Below, piece by piece: positions 9,153-19,275 of a stretch of 64,000 nucleotides of DNA. The position numbers were made by a program, and so were the translations under genes. The stretch is from assembly GCA_964373045.1 (NCBI GenBank), contig CAYJSI010000004.1, forward strand, positions 194 to 64,193, given 5' to 3'. Origin of the DNA: an uncultured bacterium. Its GTDB lineage: Bacteria; Omnitrophota; Omnitrophia; Omnitrophales; Aquincolibacteriaceae. Under the pieces are notes generated by a model. That model was not told the DNA's origin, searched no databases, and saw only the letters and a list, made by a program, of their open reading frames with translations. Each line of letters begins with the position of its first letter. Position 1 is the first letter of the stretch.

Positions 9153-9554
9153 ATGGCAACGCTTACTTTGTTTCAGAAGAAAAAAGCAGCATCTCCCCGG
9201 GAAGGAAACGAGCGCTCCGAGCTCAGGCTTCCCATCCATGGATTTACGGTGGAGTTTAAACGCGGAAAAATTTTCAAGTGGATTGTAAGGGGAGAAGTCC
9301 GCGATCTTTCCATCCACGGGGTTCACTTTGTGACCTCAAAGAGATTTGCGCGGGGAAATCGTGTGAATCTCACCCTTTGCTTTCCTGAGGAGTTTCCGGG
9401 TCCGAAGAGATTGATGCTGGATGCCAAGGTGGTGCGGGTCATACGGCCGGAAGGGGCACGTGAATGGCGAGTGGCCTGCTGTCTTAGACATCCCGATGAT
9501 GCCACCCGAGAAACCATTCGGCAGTATTTGTGGTGGTATGAAACCCTTTCTTAA
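9153..9554 (+). CDS. PilZ-domain protein (c-di-GMP receptor)
   Basis: RxxxR (RSELR) and D-x-S-x-x-G (DLSIHG) motifs with appropriate spacing. Confidence 0.6.
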   Translation: MATLTLFQKKKAASPREGNERSELRLPIHGFTVEFKRGKIFKWIVRGEVRDLSIHGVHFVTSKRFARGNRVNLTLCFPEEFPGPKRLMLDAKVVRVIRPEGAREWRVACCLRHPDDATRETIRQYLWWYETLS

Positions 9555-9559
9555 AACTT

Positions 9560-10714
9560 ATGAATCTAACGCCTGAACAACTCACGCGCTACAGCCGCCA
9601 CTTCATCCTTCCTGAAATCGGGGAAGAGGGGCAGAAAAAACTCCTCAAGGCCAAGGTCTTATTGATCGGGGCCGGCGGGCTTGGCTCGCCCCTCGGGCTT
9701 TACCTTGCCGCCTCGGGTGTGGGGACGCTCGGGATTGTCGATTTTGACAATGTCGATCTTTCAAACCTCCAGCGCCAGATCCTTCACACCAATGATGAGA
9801 TCGGAAAGCCAAAAATCGATTCGGCCGAGAAACGCATCAAGGCCATGAATCCGGATACAAGGGTTGTGAAGTATCCGGTGCGCCTCGCCTCTGACAATGC
9901 GCTCGATATCCTGAAAGATTACGATATTGTGATTGACGGCACGGACAACTTTCCGACCCGCTATCTTACAAACGATGCCTGCGTTTTTTTAAAAAAACCC
10001 AATCTCTACGGCTCGATCTTCCGTTTTGATGGCCTCGCGACTGTTTTTTCCGCCGGAGGTCCTTGCTACCGGTGTCTTTATCCCGAGCCGCCTCCTCCCG
10101 GAATGGTCCCAAGCTGTGCCGAAGGGGGAGTGCTCGGAATTCTGCCGGGTGTGATTGGTCTTATCCAGGCCACGGAAGCGATCAAGCTGATTGTAGGGAT
10201 CGGCACGCCGCTCATTGGGCGTCTGCTTGTCTACGATGCCCTGCAGATGACCTTTCGCGAGCTTAAGATCCGCAAGGATCCGAATTGTCCCGTGTGCGGA
10301 AAAAACCCCACGGTTACAAAATTAATCGATTATGAAGTTTTCTGCGGTCTGGGACGGGGCGGGCAGGAAAACTCGGCCTCTGAAAATGGCGTGGCTGAAA
10401 TATCTGTCGAAGAGCTTAAGAAAAAGCTGGATCGCAAGGAAGATATTGTTTTCCTGGATGTTCGCGAAAACTTTGAATATCAAATCGCCAAAATCCCCGG
10501 GACAAAGCTCATTCCGCTGGGGCAGCTCCCAAATCACCTGGGCGAACTTGAGTCCTGCAAGGATAAAGAGGTGATTGCCCACTGCCATCACGGGGGCCGC
10601 AGCCGCCAAGCCCTTGAGTTTCTGAAGTCCAAGGGCTTCAAGAAACTCCGCAATGTCACAGGCGGTATCGACGAGTGGTCCCTTAAAGTCGATTCCTCCG
10701 TCCCCCGCTATTAG
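9560..10714 (+). CDS. ThiF/MoeB-family adenylyltransferase fused to a C-terminal rhodanese domain (MoeZ-like sulfur-carrier-protein activating enzyme)
   Basis: GAGGLGS nucleotide loop. CxxC ... CPVCG zinc motif. C-terminal rhodanese with active Cys (AHCHHGGRS). Confidence 0.85.
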   Translation: MNLTPEQLTRYSRHFILPEIGEEGQKKLLKAKVLLIGAGGLGSPLGLYLAASGVGTLGIVDFDNVDLSNLQRQILHTNDEIGKPKIDSAEKRIKAMNPDTRVVKYPVRLASDNALDILKDYDIVIDGTDNFPTRYLTNDACVFLKKPNLYGSIFRFDGLATVFSAGGPCYRCLYPEPPPPGMVPSCAEGGVLGILPGVIGLIQATEAIKLIVGIGTPLIGRLLVYDALQMTFRELKIRKDPNCPVCGKNPTVTKLIDYEVFCGLGRGGQENSASENGVAEISVEELKKKLDRKEDIVFLDVRENFEYQIAKIPGTKLIPLGQLPNHLGELESCKDKEVIAHCHHGGRSRQALEFLKSKGFKKLRNVTGGIDEWSLKVDSSVPRY

Positions 10715-10717
10715 TCC

Positions 10718-11815
10718 GTGCCTTCTCTCTGGCAAAAAATCCGCCTCGATTTTCCCATGGTAAAAAAATGGATTTACCTGGATCATGCCTCAGGGGGACC
10801 CATTCCGCGGCCCGTACTTCAAGCCTCCCGGCGCTATTTAAAAGAACATTTTGAATTGGGCGATCTCTCCTGGGCCGCGTGGATCAAACGCCGCGAGGAG
10901 GTCCGGAAAAAAGCAGCACGCTTGATCAACGCCGACCCCTCTGAAATTACATTTATTCAGAGCACCTCTCAGGGGATGAATCTTATTGCCGACCTTTTGG
11001 CGGATCAGGGCGCGGTTCTGACCAACGCAAGCGAATTTCCCGCGAGCACGCTTCCCTGGATTTGGCGGAAGGCCAGGATGATTTGGCAGAATCCCGAAAA
11101 TTCTGCCATCAGGCTTGATACGCTCAGGAAACTTTTGTCGCCTGAAGTTAAAACAATTCTTACGAGCTTCGTGCAATACGCGACCGGGTTTCGCCAGGAT
11201 TTGGAAGCCCTTGGCAGAATCAAAGGGAACCGCTTTCTGGTGGTCAATGCCACGCAGGGATTCGGCGCTTTTCCGATTAATGTGAAGCGCGCCAAAATCG
11301 ATTTCCTCTGCACCAATAGTTACAAGTGGCTTATGGCGGGCTACGGCGGCGGCATCCTTTATATGAAGAAGGATTGGATGCGAAAATTCAAACCCTCCCA
11401 AGTAGGGTGGCGGAGCATGCGGGAGCCTGAGCTCATGGACAATCGGCGCCTCGATCTTAAACCGGAGGCCTCCCGCTACGAACTTGGCTGCCCGAGTTTT
11501 CCCTCCATTTTTGCCTTGGGGGCGGCGGTGGATTATCTTTCGGAGATCGGCATCGAAAAAATCAGCCGCCGGATTTTAGAACTCACCGATTTCCTTATCG
11601 ACGGCCTTGAGCGAAGCGGGCTTGAAGTGGTTTCACCGCGCGAGCGGACGCATCGTTCGGGAATCGTTGTGTTTAAAATGAGCCACGCCGAAAAAGTATG
11701 CCGCCGGCTTCTTCGTGATCATATTTATGTCTCACCGCGCGGGGCCGGGATCCGCGTCGCGCCGCATTGTTATAATACATTTGAGGAAATTGAAACATTC
11801 CTAAATGCGCTGTAG
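10718..11815 (+). CDS. class V aminotransferase / cysteine desulfurase-like PLP enzyme
   Basis: Fold-type I PLP enzyme with a SYKW lysine region. It sits next to the MoeZ-like gene. Confidence 0.7.
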   Translation: MPSLWQKIRLDFPMVKKWIYLDHASGGPIPRPVLQASRRYLKEHFELGDLSWAAWIKRREEVRKKAARLINADPSEITFIQSTSQGMNLIADLLADQGAVLTNASEFPASTLPWIWRKARMIWQNPENSAIRLDTLRKLLSPEVKTILTSFVQYATGFRQDLEALGRIKGNRFLVVNATQGFGAFPINVKRAKIDFLCTNSYKWLMAGYGGGILYMKKDWMRKFKPSQVGWRSMREPELMDNRRLDLKPEASRYELGCPSFPSIFALGAAVDYLSEIGIEKISRRILELTDFLIDGLERSGLEVVSPRERTHRSGIVVFKMSHAEKVCRRLLRDHIYVSPRGAGIRVAPHCYNTFEEIETFLNAL

Positions 11816-11878
11816 GGGCGCACCTATGTGTGCGCCCGTTGTGCGGTCCACGAGTCGACACGTGGGTCGACCCCTGCA
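11812..11878. repeat. GTAGGGGC-family palindromic element
   Basis: GTAGGGGCGCACCTATGTGTGCGCCC ... GTCGACACGTGGGTCGACCCCTGCAGC. Confidence 0.75.
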
Positions 11879-11917
11879 GCCAATAAAAATGGACCTAGCC
11901 CCGTTAAAGGGAAGTTT

Positions 11918-12604
11918 ATGATGCCAAAAATCGGTGTTGTTTTATCCGGCTGCGGAGTCATGGATGGTTCTGAGATCCATGAATCGGTTTTGACGCTGCT
12001 TGCCTTGTCACAGGCGGGGGCCGAGGCGGTTTGCCTGGCCCCGAATGTGGACCAAGTGCAGGTCATCAATCACCTCACAGGGGAAGAGACGAAAGAAAAA
12101 CGCAATGTCCTTGTCGAGTCCGCCCGCATTGCCCGCGGAAAAATCAAAGACATCAAAACCGTAAAGGCGAGTGATTTCGACGCCCTCATTTTCCCCGGGG
12201 GTTACGGCGCGGCCAAAAATTTATGCACGTTTGCTTTCGACGGGGCCGATTGCAAGGTTCACCCGGAGGTGGCAAGGTTGGTGAAGGAAGTTCATCAAGC
12301 CGGGAAACCGATCGGGGCGATTTGCATTTCGCCCGCCCTCATGGCCAAGATTTTTCAAGGGGGAGCGGTGAAGCTTACGATCGGCGATGATCCCGAGACG
12401 GCGGGGGCGATCCAAAAAATGGGGCAAGAGCACGTACCATGCAACGTCCGCGAGACCTGTGTGGACGAAAAAAATAAAATAGTGACAACCCCCGCTTACA
12501 TGCTGGCTCAAAATCTTGCCGAGGCGTATGCGGGAATTGAAAAATTAGTGGGCGAGGTGCTCTCGCTTTCCAAAACCAAAGAGGTCAAAACCAAAGGAGT
12601 CTGA
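11918..12604 (+). CDS. elbB: DJ-1/PfpI-family protein ElbB (glyoxalase-like)
   Basis: MPKIGVVLSGCGVMDGSEIHE and the ICISPA cysteine are typical of ElbB. Confidence 0.8.
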   Translation: MMPKIGVVLSGCGVMDGSEIHESVLTLLALSQAGAEAVCLAPNVDQVQVINHLTGEETKEKRNVLVESARIARGKIKDIKTVKASDFDALIFPGGYGAAKNLCTFAFDGADCKVHPEVARLVKEVHQAGKPIGAICISPALMAKIFQGGAVKLTIGDDPETAGAIQKMGQEHVPCNVRETCVDEKNKIVTTPAYMLAQNLAEAYAGIEKLVGEVLSLSKTKEVKTKGV

Positions 12605-12636
12605 CCCTGCGGGGTCAGACTCCATCAGTTTTTATG
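12596..12636 (+). terminator. hairpin GGAGTCTGACCC-TGC-GGGTCAGACTCC plus T-run
   Basis: Read directly; it overlaps the elbB stop. Confidence 0.45.
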
Positions 12637-12638
12637 CC

Positions 12639-13868
12639 ATGATCAAGAAACGCATCCTTTTCCCGCTTTTGTTCCTCCTTTTTATTTTTCTCGCCAGGGG
12701 TTTTATTGTCGGGAGCGTCCTCGAGCCCTATTTCGAGAAAACATTGAGCGAGCTTTTCGGAATGCGGGTTGAAATTAAGGAACTCTTTCTCGATCCCCTC
12801 CATGGAAAGGTCCGGGCCTCGCGACTTACATTTCACCATCGCTCCGAGTTTGCCCCGGCGCCCCACCTGGACGCCAAGGGGATTGAATTTTCGATTCACC
12901 TCGGCGCCCTGCAAAATAAAAGCGTAGAAATTTCAAATCTTATTTTGAATCAGCCTTTCTATTTCATTGACCGCATCGCAACGCCCGAGGGCCCCCGCAA
13001 CAACGTGGTCACCTGGTTTCGCCATATCAAAAGCAGACGTCGACCCAGGGCAGCCGATGAGCCTGAGGATCCCAGGAAGTGGAAGGTCGCGATCGATAAA
13101 ATTTCACTGCGTGACACAACCTTTATCATCCATGACCGCAGCCCTAAGGAGGGTGAAAAGAAATTTGTCTTTCGCAAGATGGATGCCACACTCCTCGGTT
13201 TTGAGTGGCCTGCCGAGGACCCGGAGATTTTATCGCAGCGCGTGACAGTCAAGGGTCTCTTTGGGGAACATTACCCCGCCCCTTTTTGGATCACGGGAGA
13301 CGCTAATTTTGCCACGAGTCAGATCAATTTTGACTTGAAGGGCGCGATCAAGGAAGGAAATCTCCTTGAGCATAAACGGCTTTGGGAGGGGCTTCCGATT
13401 GAGATTAAGAAGGGAAGGTTTCAGCTTAAGATGCATGTCATTTGCGAAAAGCGGCAACTCAAGTCGATAAACCATTTAAGGCTCCAAACGCTGGAGGCAA
13501 AATCGGGTCCGGCAGCAGCGGATAAAATTTGGGGATTGCCGACGCTTGGGTTTATTGGGATCCTGCAGGACAAAAAAACGATCTCGCTTAAAGTTCCCGT
13601 GAAGGGCAATATTTCGGATCCGGAGTTTGGGTTTCACAAGGCTTTTCGTGAAGCCTTCCAGGTGTCTCTCAAAAAGCATACGACGGCAGGAATCAAGAAA
13701 GTAACGGAAGGGACGGCAAAAATCGCTACTCAAACCGGAGAACTCGTGCGCGAGACGCCGACCAAATTGGCCGAAAGTTTTGAAAAAGTAACCGGTCTTG
13801 TTTCCAGCATTTTGCCTCCGGCGGCGGAATCCGGTGCCTCGAAAGATCAGAAAGCGGTGCGTTCGTAA
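12639..13868 (+). CDS. membrane-anchored hypothetical protein (AsmA/DUF748-like?)
   Basis: N-terminal TM helix and a long ORF. Translationally coupled to era (TAATG). Confidence 0.5.
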   Translation: MIKKRILFPLLFLLFIFLARGFIVGSVLEPYFEKTLSELFGMRVEIKELFLDPLHGKVRASRLTFHHRSEFAPAPHLDAKGIEFSIHLGALQNKSVEISNLILNQPFYFIDRIATPEGPRNNVVTWFRHIKSRRRPRAADEPEDPRKWKVAIDKISLRDTTFIIHDRSPKEGEKKFVFRKMDATLLGFEWPAEDPEILSQRVTVKGLFGEHYPAPFWITGDANFATSQINFDLKGAIKEGNLLEHKRLWEGLPIEIKKGRFQLKMHVICEKRQLKSINHLRLQTLEAKSGPAAADKIWGLPTLGFIGILQDKKTISLKVPVKGNISDPEFGFHKAFREAFQVSLKKHTTAGIKKVTEGTAKIATQTGELVRETPTKLAESFEKVTGLVSSILPPAAESGASKDQKAVRS

Positions 13869-14779
13869 TGCCTTCCGAAAAACGCGCTCATCAACTCGGT
13901 TCCAGGCACTCCGGATTTGTCGCCATTATCGGCCGGCCGAATGTGGGAAAGTCGACACTTCTTAATTATCTCATCGGTGAAAAATTGGCCGGTGTATCTC
14001 CCAAGCCGCAAACCACGCGCGAAGTCATTCGAGGGATTCTCACGAAGCCGGAGGGGCAAATCGTCTTTCTCGATACCCCGGGATTTCATAAGCCGGAGGA
14101 TCTTCTCGGTCAATGGATGGTCCGCGAGGTCGAAAAAAGCCTGGAGGAGGCCGATCTCCTCTATTGGATGGTGATCCCGGAGGCCATGCGTCCCGAGGAA
14201 AGGAAAATCGCGGAAACGCTTAAGAGGGCGATGACGCCTGTCATTTTACTTGTGAATCAAATCGATCGTTATCCCAAGCCGCATCTCCTTCCCGTGCTGG
14301 CCGAATATCAATCGGCGCATCCCTTTCGCGAAATGATTCCCATTTCGGCCAAAACGGGCGATCAAGTGGAAGCGCTTCTTAAAAAAACCTTTGAGCTGCT
14401 CCCCGAGGGAGCGCCCCTTTTTCCCGAGGATCAAATCTCCGATCAACAGGAGCGGTTTCATGTGGGGGAAATCATCCGCGAAAAACTTTATCTTTTTACG
14501 GGCGAAGAAATCCCTTATGCGACGAGTGTGATGGTCGAATCTTTTAAAGATCGCAACGATCGCTTGACCGATATTCAGGCGACGATCATTGTGGAAAAAG
14601 ATTCTCAGAAGGGAATTGTGATCGGAAAAAATGGGGAAAAAATGAAACAAATCGGCCAAGCTGCCCGGCTCGATCTTGAAAGATTTCTCGGCCGCAAGGT
14701 CTTTCTCCAGCTTTGGGTTAAAACCCTGCCGCACTGGAAACGCGACAAGGCCGCTTTTCACCGCCTCGGCTATCACTAA
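13868..14779 (+). CDS. era: GTPase Era
   Basis: G1 motif GRPNVGKST, G3 DTPG and a C-terminal KH domain. Confidence 0.92.
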   Translation: MPSEKRAHQLGSRHSGFVAIIGRPNVGKSTLLNYLIGEKLAGVSPKPQTTREVIRGILTKPEGQIVFLDTPGFHKPEDLLGQWMVREVEKSLEEADLLYWMVIPEAMRPEERKIAETLKRAMTPVILLVNQIDRYPKPHLLPVLAEYQSAHPFREMIPISAKTGDQVEALLKKTFELLPEGAPLFPEDQISDQQERFHVGEIIREKLYLFTGEEIPYATSVMVESFKDRNDRLTDIQATIIVEKDSQKGIVIGKNGEKMKQIGQAARLDLERFLGRKVFLQLWVKTLPHWKRDKAAFHRLGYH

Positions 14780-14780
14780 C

Positions 14781-14840
14781 CACCAAATCAGTTGGTGCCA
14801 GGCACCGTGCCAGGCACGGTGCCTGGCACCATTAGGGTTT
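14781..14840. repeat. GGTGCCWGGCACC tandem palindrome element (terminator-like)
   Basis: GGTGCCAGGCACCGTGCCAGGCACGGTGCCTGGCACCATTAGGGTTT immediately 3' of era. Confidence 0.8.
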
Positions 14841-14855
14841 TAGGAATATTGATAT

Positions 14856-15653
14856 ATGAATAAAACAAATTTGTTGATGTGTCCGCCGGATTATTACGAA
14901 GTGGCCTACGAGATCAATCCCTGGATGCACGTGGAACGCAAAGTGGATTCCAAAAAGGCCGCGTGGCAGTGGAGGGCTTACTTCGATCTTCTCACCTCGA
15001 CCCTCCAAATTAAAGTCGAGCTCTTAAAACCCGTCAAGGGCCTGCCGGACCTTGTGTTTACCGCGAATGGAGGACTGGTGCGCAAAAGAACTTTTGTCCG
15101 CGGCAATTTCCGCCACCGCGAGCGTAAGGGTGAAGAGGTTCACTTTGAAACCTGGTTTAAGAAAAAAAATTATCTCGTGAAAACTATAGACCGCCCCTTT
15201 TGTTTCGAAGGGGAGGGCGACGCCCTTTTTATGGGCGATGAACTTTATACGGGATTTCATTTTAGGTCGGATGTGGAGGCCCACGATGCCGTCTCGGGGC
15301 TTCTTAAGACTTCCTACTTCGCCTTGGAGCTAAGTGACAAACGGTTTTATCACTTAGACACCTGCTTTGCCCCCTTGAATGATAAATCGGCCCTGGTTTA
15401 TCTCCCTGCCTTTGAGCCTTACGCCCAACTGGTGCTCTTAGAAAATATTCCGGATCCCATCAAGGTCTCCGAGAAGGAGGCCCTGAATTTTGCCTGCAAT
15501 GCCCTGGTGCTCGATCAAAATATTATTTTGCCGGAAGAGTGTCCGCAAACAACGAAAGAACTTGAAAAGCGGGGATTTCGCGTCTACCCTCTCGCCTTTT
15601 CCGAATTTATGAAGGCCGGCGCCGCCGCCAAGTGTTTGGTGTTGAGAATATGA
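14856..15653 (+). CDS. amidinotransferase/DDAH-superfamily protein
   Basis: A 265-aa protein ending in an active-site-like Cys (KCLVL). The family call is weak. Confidence 0.5.
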   Translation: MNKTNLLMCPPDYYEVAYEINPWMHVERKVDSKKAAWQWRAYFDLLTSTLQIKVELLKPVKGLPDLVFTANGGLVRKRTFVRGNFRHRERKGEEVHFETWFKKKNYLVKTIDRPFCFEGEGDALFMGDELYTGFHFRSDVEAHDAVSGLLKTSYFALELSDKRFYHLDTCFAPLNDKSALVYLPAFEPYAQLVLLENIPDPIKVSEKEALNFACNALVLDQNIILPEECPQTTKELEKRGFRVYPLAFSEFMKAGAAAKCLVLRI

Positions 15654-16267
15654 AAAAAAAGTGTCAGATCAAAACCATTATCTTCGACCTCGGAAACGTA
15701 CTTCTCAATTACGATGCGAGGAAGGCGGCTGCTCGATTTGCCAAGGTCTGCAAGGTCCCGCTTCTTAAAGTCTGGCTTCATTTTTTTACCTCGCCGACAG
15801 AAAAGGCCTACACGCGGGGTGAAATATCCTCCACTGAATTTTACCGCCACGCCAAGCAGGCGCTTCGTTTTCCCGTAAACTTCCGGACCTTCAAACATTA
15901 TTGGAACGATATTTTTTCGGAAAATCGGGAAATGGCCCCGGTCTTGCGGGCCCTCAAAAAAAATTATCCCCTATATCTCATCTCCAACACCAACCGCATG
16001 CACTTTGATTACGTGAAAAAAAAATTTAAGATCCTGCGTTATTTCAGCCGCACTTTTCCCTCGCATGAAGTGGGGCATCGGAAGCCTGAGATTGAAATTT
16101 ACCGAAAGGTGCTTCGCGCAATCTGCTGCCGCCCCGAGGAAACCGTTTTTATCGATGATGTCGCAAAGTTTGTGCAGGGGGCCCGCCGGGCGGGGATGCA
16201 CGCTATCCGTTTCCGAAACTTAAAACAACTGGTTCGTGACCTCAAAAAATTAGGGGTTATCATCTGA
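15650..16267 (+). CDS. HAD-family hydrolase
   Basis: IIFDLGNVLL is HAD motif I. The ATGA overlaps the upstream stop. Confidence 0.75.
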   Translation: MKKKCQIKTIIFDLGNVLLNYDARKAAARFAKVCKVPLLKVWLHFFTSPTEKAYTRGEISSTEFYRHAKQALRFPVNFRTFKHYWNDIFSENREMAPVLRALKKNYPLYLISNTNRMHFDYVKKKFKILRYFSRTFPSHEVGHRKPEIEIYRKVLRAICCRPEETVFIDDVAKFVQGARRAGMHAIRFRNLKQLVRDLKKLGVII

Positions 16268-16503
16268 CCATGTCTAAACGAGTTATGGAAACGCATCGGT
16301 CTTGTCCCAAAGAACTGGCCGACGGATAAAATTAAATTAGAGGTTTGGTCGCAAAATTAAAAAGGCACCCTTCCAAACGATCAAGGTTCACATCTGGGAC
16401 CCGCACAATTAGAAGGGGTACTTATACTTCTTGATTTTTGAGACTCGACCGTGTACCCTTTAGGTAGGAAAGTAAGGAAGTAATACCAAAGGAGCCTCCA
16501 GCC

Positions 16504-16767
16504 ATGACCATTATTGAAGCAACCAAAATGACCTCCAAGGGGCAGGTAACAATCCCGAACCGCGTCAGAAAACTTCTCCGTTTAGAGGAGGGCTCGTCGG
16601 TGGCTTTCACGGTCACAAGGCATGGTATTGTGCTTGTTCCGTGCGAAATCACCGCCCGGTCTCCCTACAGCCCGAACGAGTGGAAAAAGATCGAGAAATT
16701 AGCCGCCGAGGAAGGAAAGGCCTTTTCAAGTCCTGAAGCGGCCAAAAAACATCTTGCGGGGCTATGA
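16504..16767 (+). CDS. AbrB/MazE/SpoVT-family antitoxin
   Basis: SKGQVTIPNRVRKLL is a swapped-hairpin barrel motif. It overlaps the toxin by 4 nt. Confidence 0.75.
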   Translation: MTIIEATKMTSKGQVTIPNRVRKLLRLEEGSSVAFTVTRHGIVLVPCEITARSPYSPNEWKKIEKLAAEEGKAFSSPEAAKKHLAGL

Positions 16768-17042
16768 GATTTGAATTTAAGCCTTCTTTTGATCGTTCTC
16801 TCAAATGCCTACCTCCCGATGAAAAATCCGATGTCAAAGAAGCCGCCCTTGAGCTGATCAACATCCTTTCGAAGGACAGGCAGATTCACCGAGGCCTGGG
16901 GCTTAAGCGTTTAAGGAAAAATTTTTGGGAAGTTCGCCAGGGAATCAAGGTCAGAATCCTTTTCCGGTGGACAGGCGATCTGATTGAATTTGTGCTCGCC
17001 GGCAATCATGATGACGTTAAACGATTCCTCAAAAATGTTTGA
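16764..17042 (+). CDS. RelE/ParE-family toxin
   Basis: 92 aa, basic, partnered with the AbrB-like antitoxin. Confidence 0.65.
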   Translation: MRFEFKPSFDRSLKCLPPDEKSDVKEAALELINILSKDRQIHRGLGLKRLRKNFWEVRQGIKVRILFRWTGDLIEFVLAGNHDDVKRFLKNV

Positions 17043-17063
17043 ACATGTCCTTGAAATTGCGCC

Positions 17064-17930
17064 ATGACGAACTTACTTAAAACTACGTTTCTTTTAACGA
17101 CCCTGACGCTGCTTTTTGTTTTTGTGGGTCATCTGCTTGGCGGCGAAAGCGGAATGACCTCCGCTTTCCTGTTCGCCTGCCTCTTCAATCTGGGGGCCTA
17201 CTGGTTCAGTGATCGCATGGTGCTTGCGATTTATCGAGCGGTTCCGCTTGCGGAGTCAGATGCCCCTGAAATTTATTCGATGGTGCGCGAGCTCACTGAA
17301 AAGGCGAAGCTTCCCATGCCGAGAATTTATCTCATTCCAAGCGCGGCGCCAAATGCCTTTGCCACGGGCCGCAACCCCCGTCATGCGGTAGTGGCGGTTA
17401 CCAAGGGAATTGTGGATGTTTTAAACGAGGAAGAGCTGAAAGGCGTCTTGGCTCATGAGCTTGCGCATGTCGAGCACCGCGATATTCTTATTTCCACAAT
17501 GGCCGCGACACTGGCCGGGGCGATCAGCCTGCTGGCCGATATGGCGCGCTGGGCCTTGATGTTTGGAGGCTCACGGCGCGATGATCGCGGTGGCCGAAAC
17601 ACTCATCCGCTCGTGCTGATGTTGATGGTGATCCTTGTTCCACTCGCGGCGGCCTTGATTCAGCTTGCGGTTTCACGTTCGCGAGAATATGGAGCGGATG
17701 AAAAAGGGGGAGCGCTTTCCGGCAATCCTCTCTACCTAGCAAACGCCCTTCGCAAACTTGAGGCCGCCTCCAAACGGATTCCTTTACACGAGGCCAAGCC
17801 TTCCACCGCGCATTTATTCATTGTCAATCCCTTACGGGCCGATGCCTTTACCAAGCTCTTTAGTACCCATCCTCCGGTGGAGGATCGTGTGGCACGGCTT
17901 GAGGCCCAGGCCCGTGAAATGGGGCTCTAG
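17064..17930 (+). CDS. htpX: zinc metalloprotease HtpX (M48)
   Basis: [10 protein letters not shown] is an HExxH motif. Several TM helices. Confidence 0.88.
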   Translation: MTNLLKTTFLLTTLTLLFVFVGHLLGGESGMTSAFLFACLFNLGAYWFSDRMVLAIYRAVPLAESDAPEIYSMVRELTEKAKLPMPRIYLIPSAAPNAFATGRNPRHAVVAVTKGIVDVLNEEELKGVLAHELAHVEHRDILISTMAATLAGAISLLADMARWALMFGGSRRDDRGGRNTHPLVLMLMVILVPLAAALIQLAVSRSREYGADEKGGALSGNPLYLANALRKLEAASKRIPLHEAKPSTAHLFIVNPLRADAFTKLFSTHPPVEDRVARLEAQAREMGL

Positions 17931-18014
17931 CTTAAGCGATTCAGAATATTGACGATACTCCGAAACCACGTTACAATACGCGCAAATTACACCTTTGAAG
18001 AAGGAGATTAAACC

Positions 18015-18329
18015 ATGTCTTATGTGATTACTGAAAAGTGCTTAGGCGAACGTTACGCGTCCTGCGTGGCCGTCTGTCCAGTGGATTGCATCTACCCCGG
18101 TGATCACAAGGGGGAAGAATTCATGGTGATCGATCCCACGATTTGCATCACCTGCGGCGCGTGCTTGCCTGAGTGCCCGATCGGTGCCATTGTGGAGTCT
18201 GAGGATTACAGCCCGGAGTGGGCCAAGGTGAACGCGGAGCTTTCGCCCTCTTATAAAGAGAACCCCAAGGTTCCTGAGCGCGCCAAAAACGATCCTCCCC
18301 GCAAAGCAACCAACAAGCTGATTCAGTAA
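18015..18329 (+). CDS. 4Fe-4S ferredoxin
   Basis: CxxCxxCxxxCP appears twice (CITCGACLPECP). Confidence 0.8.
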   Translation: MSYVITEKCLGERYASCVAVCPVDCIYPGDHKGEEFMVIDPTICITCGACLPECPIGAIVESEDYSPEWAKVNAELSPSYKENPKVPERAKNDPPRKATNKLIQ

Positions 18330-18383
18330 AACATCCCTTTCCGAAAGTCTGTCTTTGCGGCAGCCTTCCGGAGTCTATGTCCT

Positions 18384-18611
18384 ATGCCAAAAGCCTTTGT
18401 CATGATCGATGTGCAGCCGGGGCAAGAAGACTTGGTGCGTGAGGCCGTCAAAAAAATTGCCGGCGTTCACATGATCTATGAGGTCACCGGTGAATTCGAT
18501 ATGATTGCCTTTATCGAGGCCGAACCCTACAATGCCTTTGCGCGGGTCGTGGATGTGATTCGCAAGACCCCCGGCATTCGCGATACTGACACCCAGCTCG
18601 TGCTTCGATAA
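18384..18611 (+). CDS. stand-alone Lrp/AsnC C-terminal (RAM) domain protein
   Basis: 75 aa with a beta-alpha-beta-beta-alpha-beta profile typical of AsnC_trans_reg. Confidence 0.55.
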   Translation: MPKAFVMIDVQPGQEDLVREAVKKIAGVHMIYEVTGEFDMIAFIEAEPYNAFARVVDVIRKTPGIRDTDTQLVLR

Positions 18612-18622
18612 TTGCAAGCAGT

Positions 18623-19273
18623 ATGCCGACCAAAAAAATAAACGTTAAATCCAAACCCGCATCAACGGGATCGAACGACCCCCTCGAAAAACTCCTCCAG
18701 GCTTATCTTTTGGACTTCATTGCCAATAATCATGCTGCGCGCGTGATCGCTGAAGGCCTGCGTGTCATAGGGATTGGTTTTCGCCCGATGATTGATCACC
18801 TTACTTTTCGGACGCTGGATGTTGAGAAGCGCGCCAAGGAATTTCTTGCCTTGGGTTACGTTTACGATGCCCAATTGGGCGTGATTGAGTATGATAACTG
18901 GTGGGCCAAGGTTTACCGGAAGCCCGGATACCCCGCCCTCTTTATCGATCAGGCCTTTCATGGGGAGCGCGGCAAAAAAAGCCTGATTCCCGATTGGGTT
19001 AAAACATTTGGCGATAAGACCCTGCATCATGTGGCGGTTCAAGTGGATGAAATTGAGAAGGCCATCTTTTTCTTAGAAAAGCAGGGCGTGGCATTTGCCG
19101 GCGAAATCGTAGGGGATAAAGTGACCGACCTCCGGCAAATTTTTACAAGACCCGAAATGAAAAAGAGCAAGGCCTTTAGCGTGATTGAGCTCACCGAGCG
19201 CCACCGCGGCTATGCCGGTTTTCTCCCTCCTCAGGCTGACGGCCTCATGGAATCCACGCGCGTTTCCTTTTAA
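18623..19273 (+). CDS. VOC/DUF1338-like hypothetical protein
   Basis: Weak similarity to metal-dependent dioxygenase folds (HHVAVQVDE). Confidence 0.4.
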   Translation: MPTKKINVKSKPASTGSNDPLEKLLQAYLLDFIANNHAARVIAEGLRVIGIGFRPMIDHLTFRTLDVEKRAKEFLALGYVYDAQLGVIEYDNWWAKVYRKPGYPALFIDQAFHGERGKKSLIPDWVKTFGDKTLHHVAVQVDEIEKAIFFLEKQGVAFAGEIVGDKVTDLRQIFTRPEMKKSKAFSVIELTERHRGYAGFLPPQADGLMESTRVSF

Positions 19274-19275
19274 GC

